DNA from: a virus
Taxonomy: Duplodnaviria > Caudoviricetes
Reading direction: 5' to 3' (one strand)
Length of the DNA stretch: 64,000 bases
Virus record (IMG/VR): IMGVR_UViG_3300031994_000095
Location: 1,584-65,583 of that record
Made by a program: the position numbers and the translations under genes. The notes under the pieces are model-generated. The model searched no databases and had not been told where the DNA came from. It saw only the letters and a list, made by a program, of their open reading frames with translations. Below, in pieces: positions 48,600 through 58,441 of this stretch; within the stretch, counting starts at the first letter, position 1; every line of letters begins with the position of its first letter.

Positions 48600-48761
48600 A
48601 AAGCCCTTGGCGTTATGTATTAGCTGCTCAATTCTAAACACACTGGCTTTCGCCACCCACGAGGGATGCCAAGGGCTCACAAAAGTCCTCCTCCCTTATG
48701 GGTGGTTGTTGTGTTTGGAATTGAGCATAACAAAGATAATAAATAATTTTTATAATTCAAA
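48600..48761 (-). ncRNA. Putative structured antisense sRNA with its own promoter
   Basis: Promoter TTTG-N19-TATCTTTG (48761-48731); 17-bp imperfect inverted repeat 48625-48641/48711-48727. Confidence 0.45.
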
Positions 48762-48763
48762 CA

Positions 48764-49075
48764 ATGAAAGCCGAGAATATTATTAGAGAAGCAGTTGCCG
48801 ATATGTTCGGTATGCTTGAGTACAAGGTCAGAAATGGTGATGTATCTTTTGATGACTTACGTTCTCTGGTTGCACTGTTCGAGATTCACGGAGGCATAAA
48901 GGCTACCGCAACCGACCTTGCGAATTACTATCACCAAAGTGAAGATAATGTCCGACACATCTTACATCGTACATATATGCCCAAGCCTATAAGACGTGTG
49001 TACTATGATATGCTTTCATTTGCCAAGAATGTGCCTTTGAAATGGCGCAATAAAGATTCAATTTCAACGGATTAG
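48764..49075 (+). CDS. Hypothetical HTH-like protein
   Basis: TATDLANYYHQSEDNVRHIL. Confidence 0.6.
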   Translation: MKAENIIREAVADMFGMLEYKVRNGDVSFDDLRSLVALFEIHGGIKATATDLANYYHQSEDNVRHILHRTYMPKPIRRVYYDMLSFAKNVPLKWRNKDSISTD

Positions 49076-49170
49076 AGATTGTTTATCACAGCGGTTGTCA
49101 TAGGCTTCCGTACTTTTGTTCCTCTGCCGAACTTTGTAATGCTACTTAACCTACTTAAACTTTTTAAACT

Positions 49171-50073
49171 ATGGCAGATGTAACTTACATTCCTGACGGT
49201 AACAGTCAGAGCAACAATCTCCTTCCTTGGATGCTTGCGGGCAACAATGGCTTTGGTGGCTTCGGCGGTGGCTGGGGCGGTGGCATCCTCGGTTTCTTCC
49301 TCGGCCTCCTCTTCGGAAACGGATGGGGTGGCTTCGGTGGTTTCGGCAATGGCTTTGGTGGAAATGCCGGGGCCGGATTTCTCTCCAACCAACTGAACAA
49401 CGACAGCGGTCGTGAGCTTCTGATGAACGCCATTACCTCGCAGGGTGAAGCGGGTAGGGCAGCCACCCAGAACCTTGCTACGATGCTTGGCCAGGACTTC
49501 AACCTTGTCAACACCGCTATCGCTACTCTCCAGGGCGGTCTCTCTTCCCTCGCTCTCCAGCAGGCAGTTTCCGTTCCGCAGATTATCAATGCCATCCAGT
49601 CGGGTGACGCATCGCTTGCCGCCCAGCTGAGTCAGTGTTGCTGCGAGAATAGGCTTGCCACGTGTCAGCAGACCAACACTCTCAACTCTGCAATCTCCGC
49701 AAGCGGTCAGAGAACCGTCGATGCTATTGCCGACCTCAAGACCACTATGGTCAAGGAGTTCTGCGATGCCAAAGAGCGCGATATGCAGGAGAAGATTGAC
49801 GGGCTTCTTTCCGCCAACAACAACCTCCGTTCGCAGATTGACAACGCAAACCAGACTGCGGCCATCACCGGCTACATCAACTCCATTGTCTCGCCGATTG
49901 CGAAGGAGGTTGACGACATCAAGTGCAAGCTCCCCAATACCGTGAGTGTGACCTACCCTAATCTCTATGCGGTCAACGCGACTCCGTATGTCAGCGGCGG
50001 TTTCTACCAGGGTGGATTCAACGGCTACTACGGTGGTGGAGTACCCGGTTTCAACAACGGCTTCAACTTTTAA
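49171..50073 (+). CDS. Gly-rich hydrophobic N-terminus plus coiled-coil CCC protein
   Basis: GFGGFGGGWGGGILGFFLGLLF...QLSQCCCENR. Confidence 0.75.
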   Translation: MADVTYIPDGNSQSNNLLPWMLAGNNGFGGFGGGWGGGILGFFLGLLFGNGWGGFGGFGNGFGGNAGAGFLSNQLNNDSGRELLMNAITSQGEAGRAATQNLATMLGQDFNLVNTAIATLQGGLSSLALQQAVSVPQIINAIQSGDASLAAQLSQCCCENRLATCQQTNTLNSAISASGQRTVDAIADLKTTMVKEFCDAKERDMQEKIDGLLSANNNLRSQIDNANQTAAITGYINSIVSPIAKEVDDIKCKLPNTVSVTYPNLYAVNATPYVSGGFYQGGFNGYYGGGVPGFNNGFNF

Positions 50074-50086
50074 GGAGGGATAGGCT

Positions 50087-50428
50087 ATGGTGTTCGGATA
50101 CAGAATCAACACGAACCGATATGGTATCCCGTATGTCCGAACTACAGGTGTGACGGTAGGAACGGAAGCGGTGGACTTCGCTCTCGGCTTCCGTCCTATC
50201 GACCCCATTGGCGACATCACCATCAACGTTGCCAATGAGATTCCGACGGGCACCACGGGCACACTTCCGGTTCGTTTCACCCTCAATGGAACGACAAGGA
50301 CATTGACGTTCTTCGGGGGCACACCCGTAACTGCGGCAGACCTTGTTGGTACGGGTGACATCAAGGTGTTTCACAACTTCTACAACGGAACGCTGACACT
50401 CGTATCACCTCTCGCGCCAACGGCGTAA
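50087..50428 (+). CDS. Beta-rich hypothetical protein
   Basis: Second gene of the cassette. Confidence 0.7.
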   Translation: MVFGYRINTNRYGIPYVRTTGVTVGTEAVDFALGFRPIDPIGDITINVANEIPTGTTGTLPVRFTLNGTTRTLTFFGGTPVTAADLVGTGDIKVFHNFYNGTLTLVSPLAPTA

Positions 50429-50457
50429 GTATTTGTCAATAATTAAATCATTAACCA

Positions 50458-51015
50458 ATGTTCCAAGGACTTCCACAGGGAGCAACCCAGATAACGCAAG
50501 GGTCTTCCGTTTACATCCTCAATCGAAAAGAGCCAAGTGTAACCCCCGCCACCGTTGTGAACGTTTCACAACCGCACGTTTCTGCCTCCGCGCAGACGAA
50601 CCCCGCGCTTGCATTGCAAGGTTTCGTTGTTGACCTCACCCTCTCTATGGGTAGTGAGACAATGACATTGGAGTTCCCCGTTAACAGCACGTCCGCTAAT
50701 TACCCCGATAGGGGATGGTTTGTGAGCAATGACCGACTTGCTATCACCCGCGAGGTAGAGTCAATGGCAAATATGTCGAAACAAGTACTCTCGCAAGTGC
50801 CGATGCACGAAAAGATAGTAAAGGGATGCGACGCGTTATTGCTTCAACTCAACCCGGACAAGCAGAAAGAGGCGCAGCAAGCGGAGGAGATAGCAATGCT
50901 GAAGGCTCAGATTGAGGAGATGAAACGGAACTCCTCCGAGACGGGCAACAAGCTCGACAAAGTTCTGGCGTTGCTTGCCGTGGATGGTCCAAGGAAAAAG
51001 ACCAAAGAAGAATAA
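50458..51015 (+). CDS. Hypothetical protein
   Basis: Third cassette gene; coiled-coil C-terminus. Confidence 0.7.
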   Translation: MFQGLPQGATQITQGSSVYILNRKEPSVTPATVVNVSQPHVSASAQTNPALALQGFVVDLTLSMGSETMTLEFPVNSTSANYPDRGWFVSNDRLAITREVESMANMSKQVLSQVPMHEKIVKGCDALLLQLNPDKQKEAQQAEEIAMLKAQIEEMKRNSSETGNKLDKVLALLAVDGPRKKTKEE

Positions 51016-51018
51016 AAA

Positions 51019-51273
51019 ATGGGACTGATTAAGATAATGGAGCGCGGAGGCGAGGACCTGCGCGACTACAAAAGGGCCTTAAAGATGGCCAAGGAGGGCA
51101 TAGAGATGCTCTGCGACCTCACCGAAGATATGGAGGAGCAGTACAGTGCCCGTGACGGGTATGGAGAAAGAAGCCGCTATCGTGGCGGTTATTCCCGTCG
51201 TGACGAGATGGACGATATGGAGATGTCCGAGCGTCGCTATCGTGACGGACGCGGACGGTATGCGTCCAGGTAA
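51019..51273 (+). CDS. Small charged protein with RRGRY-type tail
   Basis: ERRYRDGRGRY. Confidence 0.65.
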   Translation: MGLIKIMERGGEDLRDYKRALKMAKEGIEMLCDLTEDMEEQYSARDGYGERSRYRGGYSRRDEMDDMEMSERRYRDGRGRYASR

Positions 51274-51277
51274 TAAT

Positions 51278-51300
51278 AGGGGAGGGGCAACCCTCCCCTT
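51278..51300 (+). terminator. GNRA-capped hairpin
   Basis: AGGGGAGGG-GCAA-CCCTCCCCT. Confidence 0.55.
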
Positions 51301-51314
51301 AACCTAATAAGACT

Positions 51315-51716
51315 ATGGAAAGACGAGATTCAAGAATGAAGTACCGCCCCGCTATGGAGGAGTACTTATCCGACTACGGCTACCATTTCAATCGGCGTTT
51401 GTTCGAGTTCGCCACAAGTATAATGGAGGACCGCGACGGTAATCCCATCGAACCGTGGGACAAGGACAAGACGACAACCTTCTTGTCCTCGCACAATGTC
51501 ACCCTTGAAAACGACTATGGCCACGATGCCGCGTACGTCTTGAATATGGCGCGGAGTGATTATTGGGGTGGTGCAATAACCGATGAGCAACACCTTGCGA
51601 TGTTCGTCAAGGATTACCTTGATGACATTGATGGTACGGAGTCAAGGGCATTTGACGAGTTCTACATCAAGACCGTAGCGTTGGGTGTTCCTATCTTCTG
51701 GGACGAAATGTTGTAA
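51315..51716 (+). CDS. Hypothetical protein
   Basis: YGYHF...DAAYVLNMARSDY...YLDDIDG. Confidence 0.7.
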   Translation: MERRDSRMKYRPAMEEYLSDYGYHFNRRLFEFATSIMEDRDGNPIEPWDKDKTTTFLSSHNVTLENDYGHDAAYVLNMARSDYWGGAITDEQHLAMFVKDYLDDIDGTESRAFDEFYIKTVALGVPIFWDEML

Positions 51717-51719
51717 GCG

Positions 51720-52118
51720 ATGTTGTGCAGACCTTTACAACTTGGGCGTTGGTACATTGAGTTCTACTTTGCGCCCGACGGATATGACGTGGACGAGTTG
51801 TTGTCGCGTTTGTATGACTTTGGCGCACGTTCGCGTGACTTGCGCGATGCGGAGAGCCTTATGATGAATGGGCGATACAACACCGGCTTTGCGTTTGCTA
51901 ATCCGTGGGATATGATAGGCATCATTGCCATTGGGGCTACTTCGTCCGGCGAGGAGTTTATTGACACCCTTGTCCACGAGATCCATCACTTTGCCGTCTC
52001 CGCTGCCGTGGAGTTAGGCGCGGATTTAAGGGAAGAAACACCGGCTTACATCTCCGGCGATACCGCGCGGGAGTTGTCGGATGTCATTTGCGCGTTGGGT
52101 TGTAATAGGTGTGCATAA
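51720..52118 (+). CDS. Putative Zn-metalloprotease (HExxH)
   Basis: TLVHEIHH...EETPAY. Confidence 0.6.
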   Translation: MLCRPLQLGRWYIEFYFAPDGYDVDELLSRLYDFGARSRDLRDAESLMMNGRYNTGFAFANPWDMIGIIAIGATSSGEEFIDTLVHEIHHFAVSAAVELGADLREETPAYISGDTARELSDVICALGCNRCA

Positions 52119-52150
52119 AAAAAGGGAGACCGCTTGGCCTCCCTTAAAAT
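52117..52150. terminator. Bidirectional terminator
   Basis: AAGGGAG...CTCCCTT with flanking A/T tracts at a convergence point. Confidence 0.6.
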
Positions 52151-52202
52151 TTAAACTGTACTCTCGTTCCGACTTGAGCAATCGGTGCGTGTTGGATATG
52201 GT

Positions 52203-52925
52203 TTACAAGTATCTCCAAATGAAACCACCCGCCGTGTTTTGTTTGATTTTAGGATTAGCACATTTTAGTATGTTGCTCCATCCAAGGCCCAACTCTCGTG
52301 CTGCATCAGTGCCAGAAGTCCACTCTCTTATCAGTGTACCGTCGGGTGAATATTGCCCTATACGTTTGCATTTCTTTAACCTTATTTCTTCTGTTTGCTT
52401 CCTCCCCGTTAGGGCGCGCCTTATTTTCTCTCGGCTCTCCTCCGATAATGTGCGGCTCTTGTTTGACTCTATGAGTTTTTGCCTGTGCCACTCTGGTAGT
52501 TTTCTCCCCTTTGAGCGTTGATTCCCCATCATTGCTTGAGTCAAATGTTGCCTCGTTATGGGGTTAAGCGCGTTTTGGTGATGCGTACACCACCGAAGGT
52601 TATCTACTCTATTATTGTCTCGTACCGTGTCTATGTGGTCAACGCACGGGTAGTTATTGGGATTAGGGATAAAAGCCAAAGCAACAAGGCGATGTACAAT
52701 AAGGTGTATTGATTTTCTCCGAGTATATGGCCTCAAATCAACGCATAAATAGCCACCCTTGCAAGCGCGTGCCTTAATTATGTGTTGTCCGAATGTCCTT
52801 GGTGCATTTCCCCATCGGTTTCTTGCTATTATTCTTCTTGGGATGCTCCTAATGCGTCCGAGGTTAGATACCTCATACTTTTCTCTCAGTCCCTCAATTG
52901 GGATTGGTTTCCAAATTTCTTCCAT
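52203..52925 (-). CDS. NUMOD4-HNH-NUMOD3/NUMOD1 homing endonuclease
   Basis: YEVSNLGRIRS, VHRLVALAFIPNP, VDHID..R.NNRVDNLRW, and C-terminal AGGFIWRY. Confidence 0.9.
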   Translation of the reverse strand: MEEIWKPIPIEGLREKYEVSNLGRIRSIPRRIIARNRWGNAPRTFGQHIIKARACKGGYLCVDLRPYTRRKSIHLIVHRLVALAFIPNPNNYPCVDHIDTVRDNNRVDNLRWCTHHQNALNPITRQHLTQAMMGNQRSKGRKLPEWHRQKLIESNKSRTLSEESREKIRRALTGRKQTEEIRLKKCKRIGQYSPDGTLIREWTSGTDAARELGLGWSNILKCANPKIKQNTAGGFIWRYL

Positions 52926-53081
52926 CTTGCCATTATTTTATGTTGTGCCATTAAAAAGAAGAGCAGGAAGGGCTAATGGCTTACCTTTGTTGTCGTGGTG
53001 TCCGACCACAACTATCCTGCTCTATAAAGTTACAACATAATCGCAAGGTTTCACAACAAAGATGCAACTTTGTTGATAACT

Positions 53082-53576
53082 TTATCGCCCTCCGAAACTC
53101 ACAAGGTTATACTGTATGCCTACGCCCACATAAGGAGATAAACCATCTTTCGATGCTCCGTATCCCGCTTGCACACCGATTGACCATCTTGGGTTGGTGT
53201 ATTCCTTGATAGTGTTGGTCACGGTGATGGTTGTTGTCTTGCGGAACACATCTATGGAGTCCAACTGCGGGGCATAACCACTCACATACGCGAGATAGGT
53301 GGAATCTTGATATATCTTCTGTTCCCGTGGCAGTTCTGCCCACACCGTATCGGTCTTACCTTGAACGGGCACGGGGACTCTTATCGTGTCCACCGTCCTT
53401 ACGGCTATGTACTTCGGCTCTACGGTGTGTATGGTGTCCGTGAGGGTTAGCGTATCTCGGACGGTTATAATCGTCTCTACGGCTTTGGAAATGCCCTTCT
53501 TGTAGCCCTTGTGGTATGATGCCAAACTTGCGATTACGGCAAGGACGATGATGGTTGGAATGATGTACTTTTTCAT
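53082..53576 (-). CDS. Membrane-anchored protein, spanin-like candidate
   Basis: N-terminal TM; DTI repeats; C-terminal IGVQAGYG...PYVGVGIQYN beta strands. Confidence 0.6.
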   Translation of the reverse strand: MKKYIIPTIIVLAVIASLASYHKGYKKGISKAVETIITVRDTLTLTDTIHTVEPKYIAVRTVDTIRVPVPVQGKTDTVWAELPREQKIYQDSTYLAYVSGYAPQLDSIDVFRKTTTITVTNTIKEYTNPRWSIGVQAGYGASKDGLSPYVGVGIQYNLVSFGGR

Positions 53577-54172
53577 AACTTCTCGAGAAACTGAATTATC
53601 TTTTTACACAGAATATCTACGGCAAGACATATCTGCTCGTCATCATTGGGATTGATATGTCCGGGGAAACGTTCGATGAAGTACGACTGCATCCATATCT
53701 TCGTGTTCCTCTCGATGGCGGCGAGGTATCGGTTGGTGTGTTTGAAAACCTCCTCCCAAACGATGGATGCTTGTTGAGCAAGGATGTTGCAGAGCATCGC
53801 GGATGCGAGTATCTTCTGCTCCTCGAACGGAACGCCGTGTCTCTTGAGTTGGTTCATCACCGCAACTTTCGTGATGAGGATGTCGTTGGCGAGGGCGGAG
53901 GAGAAGGCGTCCATAATGTCGATTATCTCGTCTTGTTGCTCCTGTGTGTATGCTCGGAAGAACTGCCGGTTGACCAGGTTGTAGTTATGCTTCAAGTCGC
54001 TTAGGGCTTTCTTCGTCTTGCCCTTTACGGGGATTGGCATTAGGTCCGATGTCAAGGTGGAGTACATCGCGTCGAGAATGAAAAAGGGGAGCAACGGTGA
54101 TGCGCTGTCCCCTTTGAGCCTCCGTAGTCCGATGGAGTGGAGGTAGGTGTCCACGAGTTCGAGAATGGTCAT
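53573..54172 (-). CDS. Hypothetical protein
   Basis: 199-aa coupled ORF. Confidence 0.7.
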   Translation of the reverse strand: MTILELVDTYLHSIGLRRLKGDSASPLLPFFILDAMYSTLTSDLMPIPVKGKTKKALSDLKHNYNLVNRQFFRAYTQEQQDEIIDIMDAFSSALANDILITKVAVMNQLKRHGVPFEEQKILASAMLCNILAQQASIVWEEVFKHTNRYLAAIERNTKIWMQSYFIERFPGHINPNDDEQICLAVDILCKKIIQFLEKL

Positions 54173-54342
54173 TGCTCTATGAGTCTTTTAAGCCTTTCCT
54201 TGCTCCAGATGAGATTGGATCGTGAGCAGTCTTGTCGAACGTACTTCTCTACGGCATCAATAAGGTCGAGTGCCGCTTCGGTAATGTCTTGGATATTGTC
54301 GAGCAGGGCTTCGCGTTGCTCTTGAATTTCGTCTGTTGTCAT
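54169..54342 (-). CDS. Hypothetical protein (57 aa)
   Basis: Manual translation MTTDEIQEQRE...; ATGA overlap. Confidence 0.55.
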   Translation of the reverse strand: MTTDEIQEQREALLDNIQDITEAALDLIDAVEKYVRQDCSRSNLIWSKERLKRLIEQ

Positions 54343-54493
54343 AACTTGTCAATTAAAAAGCCTTCGTTACTGCACTCCTTGGGAATTACCCCGTGGTCTG
54401 TCTGCTTTCAACTGGATTAAGGTTTTGAGGTTTCCCGGTCGTACTCCCTCCAGCGAGTCAGCATCAGGGGCTCAGACGAAGGCTTGGTTGTTC

Positions 54494-54673
54494 CTACTGT
54501 AGCCCCTTTTTCGGAAGTTCGTTAAATCGTCTCAGTATCTCCGAGTAGAACTTCTCTTCCGTGTCGTAGGTCTCAACAACCTTACTCGGGTCGTTGCCTC
54601 CTTCAATATAGATGTCTCCCTCGATTGCTATGATGGCTTTGACATCCTGCCAAGTAAGCTCATTCTTTTCCAT
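54494..54673 (-). CDS. Hypothetical protein (59 aa)
   Basis: Manual translation MEKNELTWQDV... Confidence 0.5.
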   Translation of the reverse strand: MEKNELTWQDVKAIIAIEGDIYIEGGNDPSKVVETYDTEEKFYSEILRRFNELPKKGLQ

Positions 54674-54962
54674 CTCTAAGTGTTTTAATTAGCTCATCTG
54701 CCATTTCTACCGCGTGATGCACCTCGTAGATGCTATCATAGCTTTCGTTCCCTTGTATTAATGCGCAGAGCAAGTCCTTTGTCGCCTCTCTGCGGAAAGC
54801 ATCCCAGTCAACGCAAAGCGCTGTGGCGTCTTCGTGTAGCAACTCAACGTCTTCAAAATCTACTTCGTATGGAGTTCCTCTATCATCACAGACATCCAAT
54901 GTCACCTTTGCGTAGGGGGCGATCGGCATTATATCGCCTGTGCTCTTAATTTTTACTTTCAT
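54660..54962 (-). CDS. Hypothetical protein
   Basis: Start trimmed to MKVKIK. Confidence 0.6.
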   Translation of the reverse strand: MKVKIKSTGDIMPIAPYAKVTLDVCDDRGTPYEVDFEDVELLHEDATALCVDWDAFRREATKDLLCALIQGNESYDSIYEVHHAVEMADELIKTLRDGKE

Positions 54963-54975
54963 TTTTGTTCCTCCT

Positions 54976-55245
54976 TTATCGTTTAATTGCTTCATATCTA
55001 TCAGTAGATTGAATTCGTTTAAGCAACATAACTGCAATAGTATATCCATTAAAGTTCTTACGAGAGAAATGATTCCACCTATGATATAGGAAATAGGCAA
55101 GTAGTTTACTATTCGTTGCAATCTGACCAACACAAGGGCAAGCGGCAGCATTTACCTCATCAAATTTCCTTGAAACAACTATGTATTTCCTCGGCTTGAT
55201 GTCTTGATTGACCCAGATGCCAGCACTATTATACTTCTCTTTCAT
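54976..55245 (-). CDS. Hypothetical protein (AT-rich accessory)
   Basis: ORF track; tandem small-gene cluster. Confidence 0.5.
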   Translation of the reverse strand: MKEKYNSAGIWVNQDIKPRKYIVVSRKFDEVNAAACPCVGQIATNSKLLAYFLYHRWNHFSRKNFNGYTIAVMLLKRIQSTDRYEAIKR

Positions 55246-55248
55246 ATC

Positions 55249-55518
55249 CTATTTCTCCCTTTTGCTGATAGTAAGAGTAATTGTTTCGAGTAGTTTCTTG
55301 GAACAATCACTTATAACATCTTGACGAAGTGGACTATACCTATCCGTTAGCTGTCTCTTCAACTCAGTTTCGACATCGAAATTATTATATGTCTTTATAA
55401 TAAGTCGATGAGCCTCTTCTTGGACAGCTTCTTGAATCCAATCCCGTATGTCCTCTTTGGTAATTCCAAGTTCATTAAACATGAAGTTCCTGAACATTTT
55501 GTATTTATCACTTACCAT
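55249..55518 (-). CDS. Hypothetical protein
   Basis: ORF track. Confidence 0.6.
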   Translation of the reverse strand: MVSDKYKMFRNFMFNELGITKEDIRDWIQEAVQEEAHRLIIKTYNNFDVETELKRQLTDRYSPLRQDVISDCSKKLLETITLTISKREK

Positions 55519-55546
55519 ATCCTATTCCTCCTCTGCTCAAGTTTCA

Positions 55547-55885
55547 TTATTCTTCTTGTTTAACTCCAAGCATAGATTTTAAGTCCGCATATTCATAGTC
55601 TTCTTCATATTTCCAATAAGTTTGGAAACGAACCGGAGAATCGGGATATTTTCTAACACTACGGCCACGTATATACTTCCGATTGCTCTTTATTTTAATC
55701 TGGCCATCATCCATTCTCACAATAGTACCTTTCCCCTTCGTACAAGTGCCATTACATTGTTTTGCTGACCCGAAATCCGGATGAAATAAACAGAACACCT
55801 CATCCCCGACATTATGCCCGGTTAATTCCAAGCACTTCTCTTGCCAAGCAATATCGCAAGCAAGTATTATATCTTTCTCATTCAT
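55547..55885 (-). CDS. Hypothetical protein
   Basis: ORF track. Confidence 0.55.
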   Translation of the reverse strand: MNEKDIILACDIAWQEKCLELTGHNVGDEVFCLFHPDFGSAKQCNGTCTKGKGTIVRMDDGQIKIKSNRKYIRGRSVRKYPDSPVRFQTYWKYEEDYEYADLKSMLGVKQEE

Positions 55886-55888
55886 CGG

Positions 55889-56365
55889 TCAGTCCTCCTC
55901 TGCTTTAAGGACAACTATGCGAACCTTGTCACCATTGTTAAATTGTGATAGATATTTTGTTAATTCAGCGTTGTTGCGTTCTTTCACATAAGCAACTTCG
56001 CCAAATTTGTAGACTTCTCCTTCCACCGCATCCTTGAGCATCTGGCTTTTCTGCCATTCTGCAAAATGACGGGCAATATCTTGAAAATCGAATACTGTTA
56101 ATGGGTCATTCCCATTTTCAAGCGTTTCATCGAAACGAGTATGGTAATGTGCATCAATGAAACGTTCTATCTCCTCATTCAAATCCACTTTTGGTTGCTC
56201 CTGTTGGAGAGAGTCGATGAGAATACCAACATATTGGTAAGCGAAATCTTTCCCTTCGTGTAATTTTCTTGTTTCGCTATCCGCACAACCTAATGCGGAT
56301 TTATGAGCTACTTTCTCAAGCCTTTTAACTTCTTTTCGTAGAAGGTCTGCGTCAATGTATTTCAT
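55889..56365 (-). CDS. Hypothetical protein
   Basis: MKYIDADLLRKEV, a common phage accessory N-terminus. Confidence 0.65.
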   Translation of the reverse strand: MKYIDADLLRKEVKRLEKVAHKSALGCADSETRKLHEGKDFAYQYVGILIDSLQQEQPKVDLNEEIERFIDAHYHTRFDETLENGNDPLTVFDFQDIARHFAEWQKSQMLKDAVEGEVYKFGEVAYVKERNNAELTKYLSQFNNGDKVRIVVLKAEED

Positions 56366-56553
56366 ACCAATTTATTTTTATCTACATAAAATAATTCACA
56401 GGTTTGACCTCTTCTCCATACAGCAGTATGGCAACCATTGAAGTAAGCGCAAAAGAAACAACCATCCTTTCTTTCTGCTATATTATTATGTCCTTCAACT
56501 TGCTCTTGTACATAGTCAGGGTCATCCTCTGTTAAAGTGGTATAATATGCCAT
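56362..56553 (-). CDS. Small Cys-rich hypothetical protein
   Basis: CFFC...C...C. Confidence 0.5.
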   Translation of the reverse strand: MAYYTTLTEDDPDYVQEQVEGHNNIAERKDGCFFCAYFNGCHTAVWRRGQTCELFYVDKNKLV

Positions 56554-56654
56554 ATCTAAATCAAATTAAAGAGGGTGCGTAGGTTTCGTGGCCTCCAATT
56601 TGCGTCCAATTGGTATAACGGCTCAGTTCTCACTCGACACGCACCCTATTGGTT

Positions 56655-57320
56655 TTACATCAGTTTCCTAAGAACAGCTATAAGAGTATTCAGAATCATC
56701 CATTCATCCTTATTGTTTGGAAGATACTTCAGTGCTTCAACAATGGCGAGAATCTGCTCATCGCTGGGTTTCCAAGAAGGTCGAAGAGATTTGAGCCAAG
56801 TCATCCAAACAATACGATAATCTCCTTTTTCTTCAAGATATTGGATTAATTCTTTTCTTTTCCAGTCATCCTCCTCGCTCCACTCTGCGGGCTTCTGTCT
56901 CATATTCATTGGCGGAAACTCGTATTCTTCTTGTTCGGTTATTGGTATTTTTTCATTTGTACAATAGTAGTAATCATCATCCACTGACACAATTACCGGC
57001 AAACCGTCAATAATGCCTTCTGCTGCTTCCTGCTTGGTTCGCATCATATCACCTACTCTGAACTTCGGAATAGAAGGCTTCTGTTCTTTCTGCTTTTCGA
57101 GGTAGGCAAGAGCCTCCTCTTTTGTTGTGTGCGAACCAGGTGAAACTGCGCTTCCATCCTCAAGTGCAAATAGTATTAGTGCTACAATGTCCTTCCTTAT
57201 CCTCTCGTCCTCGCTCTCCTTGAGTTGCGGGAAAACAAACTCCAATGTGGCATCGTCGTATGCGCCTGTGCCATAAGCAGACCTTGCTCTTTCAAATGCA
57301 TCTCTTTCCATATCAGTCAA
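56655..57320 (-). CDS. Hypothetical mosaic protein
   Basis: ESEDERIRK, KPAEWSEED and WKPSDEQ modules. Confidence 0.65.
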   Translation of the reverse strand: MTDMERDAFERARSAYGTGAYDDATLEFVFPQLKESEDERIRKDIVALILFALEDGSAVSPGSHTTKEEALAYLEKQKEQKPSIPKFRVGDMMRTKQEAAEGIIDGLPVIVSVDDDYYYCTNEKIPITEQEEYEFPPMNMRQKPAEWSEEDDWKRKELIQYLEEKGDYRIVWMTWLKSLRPSWKPSDEQILAIVEALKYLPNNKDEWMILNTLIAVLRKLM

Positions 57321-57570
57321 AAATCGGTATCAAAGGCCAAACAATATACAATGCGTAAAGGATGACGGCTAACTCAATCACCTCACAGGTGGTTGCTATC
57401 ACCTCCATCCATATCCTGAATCTTCTATAATGTTTCATCGTCCGAAAGTTTTGGGGTATATCCACTCCATATTTCCTTGTTCAAATGCTCACGCCATTCC
57501 ATACGATTGCTACATCCGTACTTGTCCCAATCCTCTCTTTCGGGGCATACGGCGTATTTTTGTTTCTCCG

Positions 57571-57789
57571 TCATTGCTCTTTCTTTTGGAATGTAACACA
57601 AGCCTCGTCATCCGTCCCAACGGAGATCCCGCGCATCCAACAATGATTAAGAGCCTCGTCGCAAAAGTCGCACTTACCGCAAGTGTTCTTTCGCTCCTCG
57701 TTGATATAGCAAAGGAAGGCGAGACCACCTCCGATGATGATTGCGCCACCGATGATGAGCGCGACGATAAATAAAATCAATGCCTTCAT
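57571..57789 (-). CDS. Small membrane protein with a Cys cluster
   Basis: Start MKALILFIV; CGKCDFC. Confidence 0.55.
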   Translation of the reverse strand: MKALILFIVALIIGGAIIIGGGLAFLCYINEERKNTCGKCDFCDEALNHCWMRGISVGTDDEACVTFQKKEQ

Positions 57790-58265
57790 ATCAGTTTTTG
57801 TTTTCCGTAGTGTGCCAGGAGTATGGCATCTGCGGTGTTCAACGTTACTTTCTCGCTTGGATAGAGCCTTTGTGCGAGGCCCTTGAGTTTGTTCTTCCAC
57901 TCGGTCTTGCCAAGCCCTTTTGACGAGCCGAGTTGGTTTGAGTAGTACTTCTGCCATTTCTGTGGCGTGACCTCCTCGGTCTGGATGCCGAGTGCATAGA
58001 GTGCCATCTCGAGGTGTCCGTTATGCCGTGCGAACGTGGCGGTGGCTTTTGATGATTGGCCGGGCATACCCGTGCCGACGCGCTCCATTACGCAGGTGAT
58101 ATTGGCTGGGGAGTATGCTGCCTTGATGCCGGATAGGAGTGAGAAGATGTCGGGATATGTGGACGGCATCTTGTAGGTAAAGAGTTGATTGCCTTTAAGG
58201 ACGGCAATACCTCCGGCATTTCCCGGATCAATCCCGATTACGATGTTCTTGACTTCTTGTTCCAT
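57786..58265 (-). CDS. Holliday junction resolvase (RuvC-like)
   Basis: IGIDPG, MERV and ADAILL acidic triad. Confidence 0.8.
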   Translation of the reverse strand: MEQEVKNIVIGIDPGNAGGIAVLKGNQLFTYKMPSTYPDIFSLLSGIKAAYSPANITCVMERVGTGMPGQSSKATATFARHNGHLEMALYALGIQTEEVTPQKWQKYYSNQLGSSKGLGKTEWKNKLKGLAQRLYPSEKVTLNTADAILLAHYGKQKLI

Positions 58266-58267
58266 AG

Positions 58268-58441
58268 TTAAATCATATCATTCATTGCCTCCTCGTAGTG
58301 GTAGAGTCGGCGCATTATTCCGTCGATGATTGCCCTTGCCTCATCGGTGTCGCATTGCTCTTTGAGAGCCGTGCCATCCCAATAGGTAGCGGTGTTGAGT
58401 TTCCGTGCTTGTGCCACGAGGGCGCGGTCTTTATCGGTCAT
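58268..58441 (-). CDS. Hypothetical protein (57 aa)
   Basis: Manual translation MTDKDRALV... Confidence 0.5.
   Translation of the reverse strand: MTDKDRALVAQARKLNTATYWDGTALKEQCDTDEARAIIDGIMRRLYHYEEAMNDMI

Noticed and set aside
49072-50364. Long antisense ORFs (430 aa here; also 28748-29680, 33542-34453, 39378-40313)
   Set aside because: They are shadows of codon-biased plus-strand genes with no recognisable motifs.
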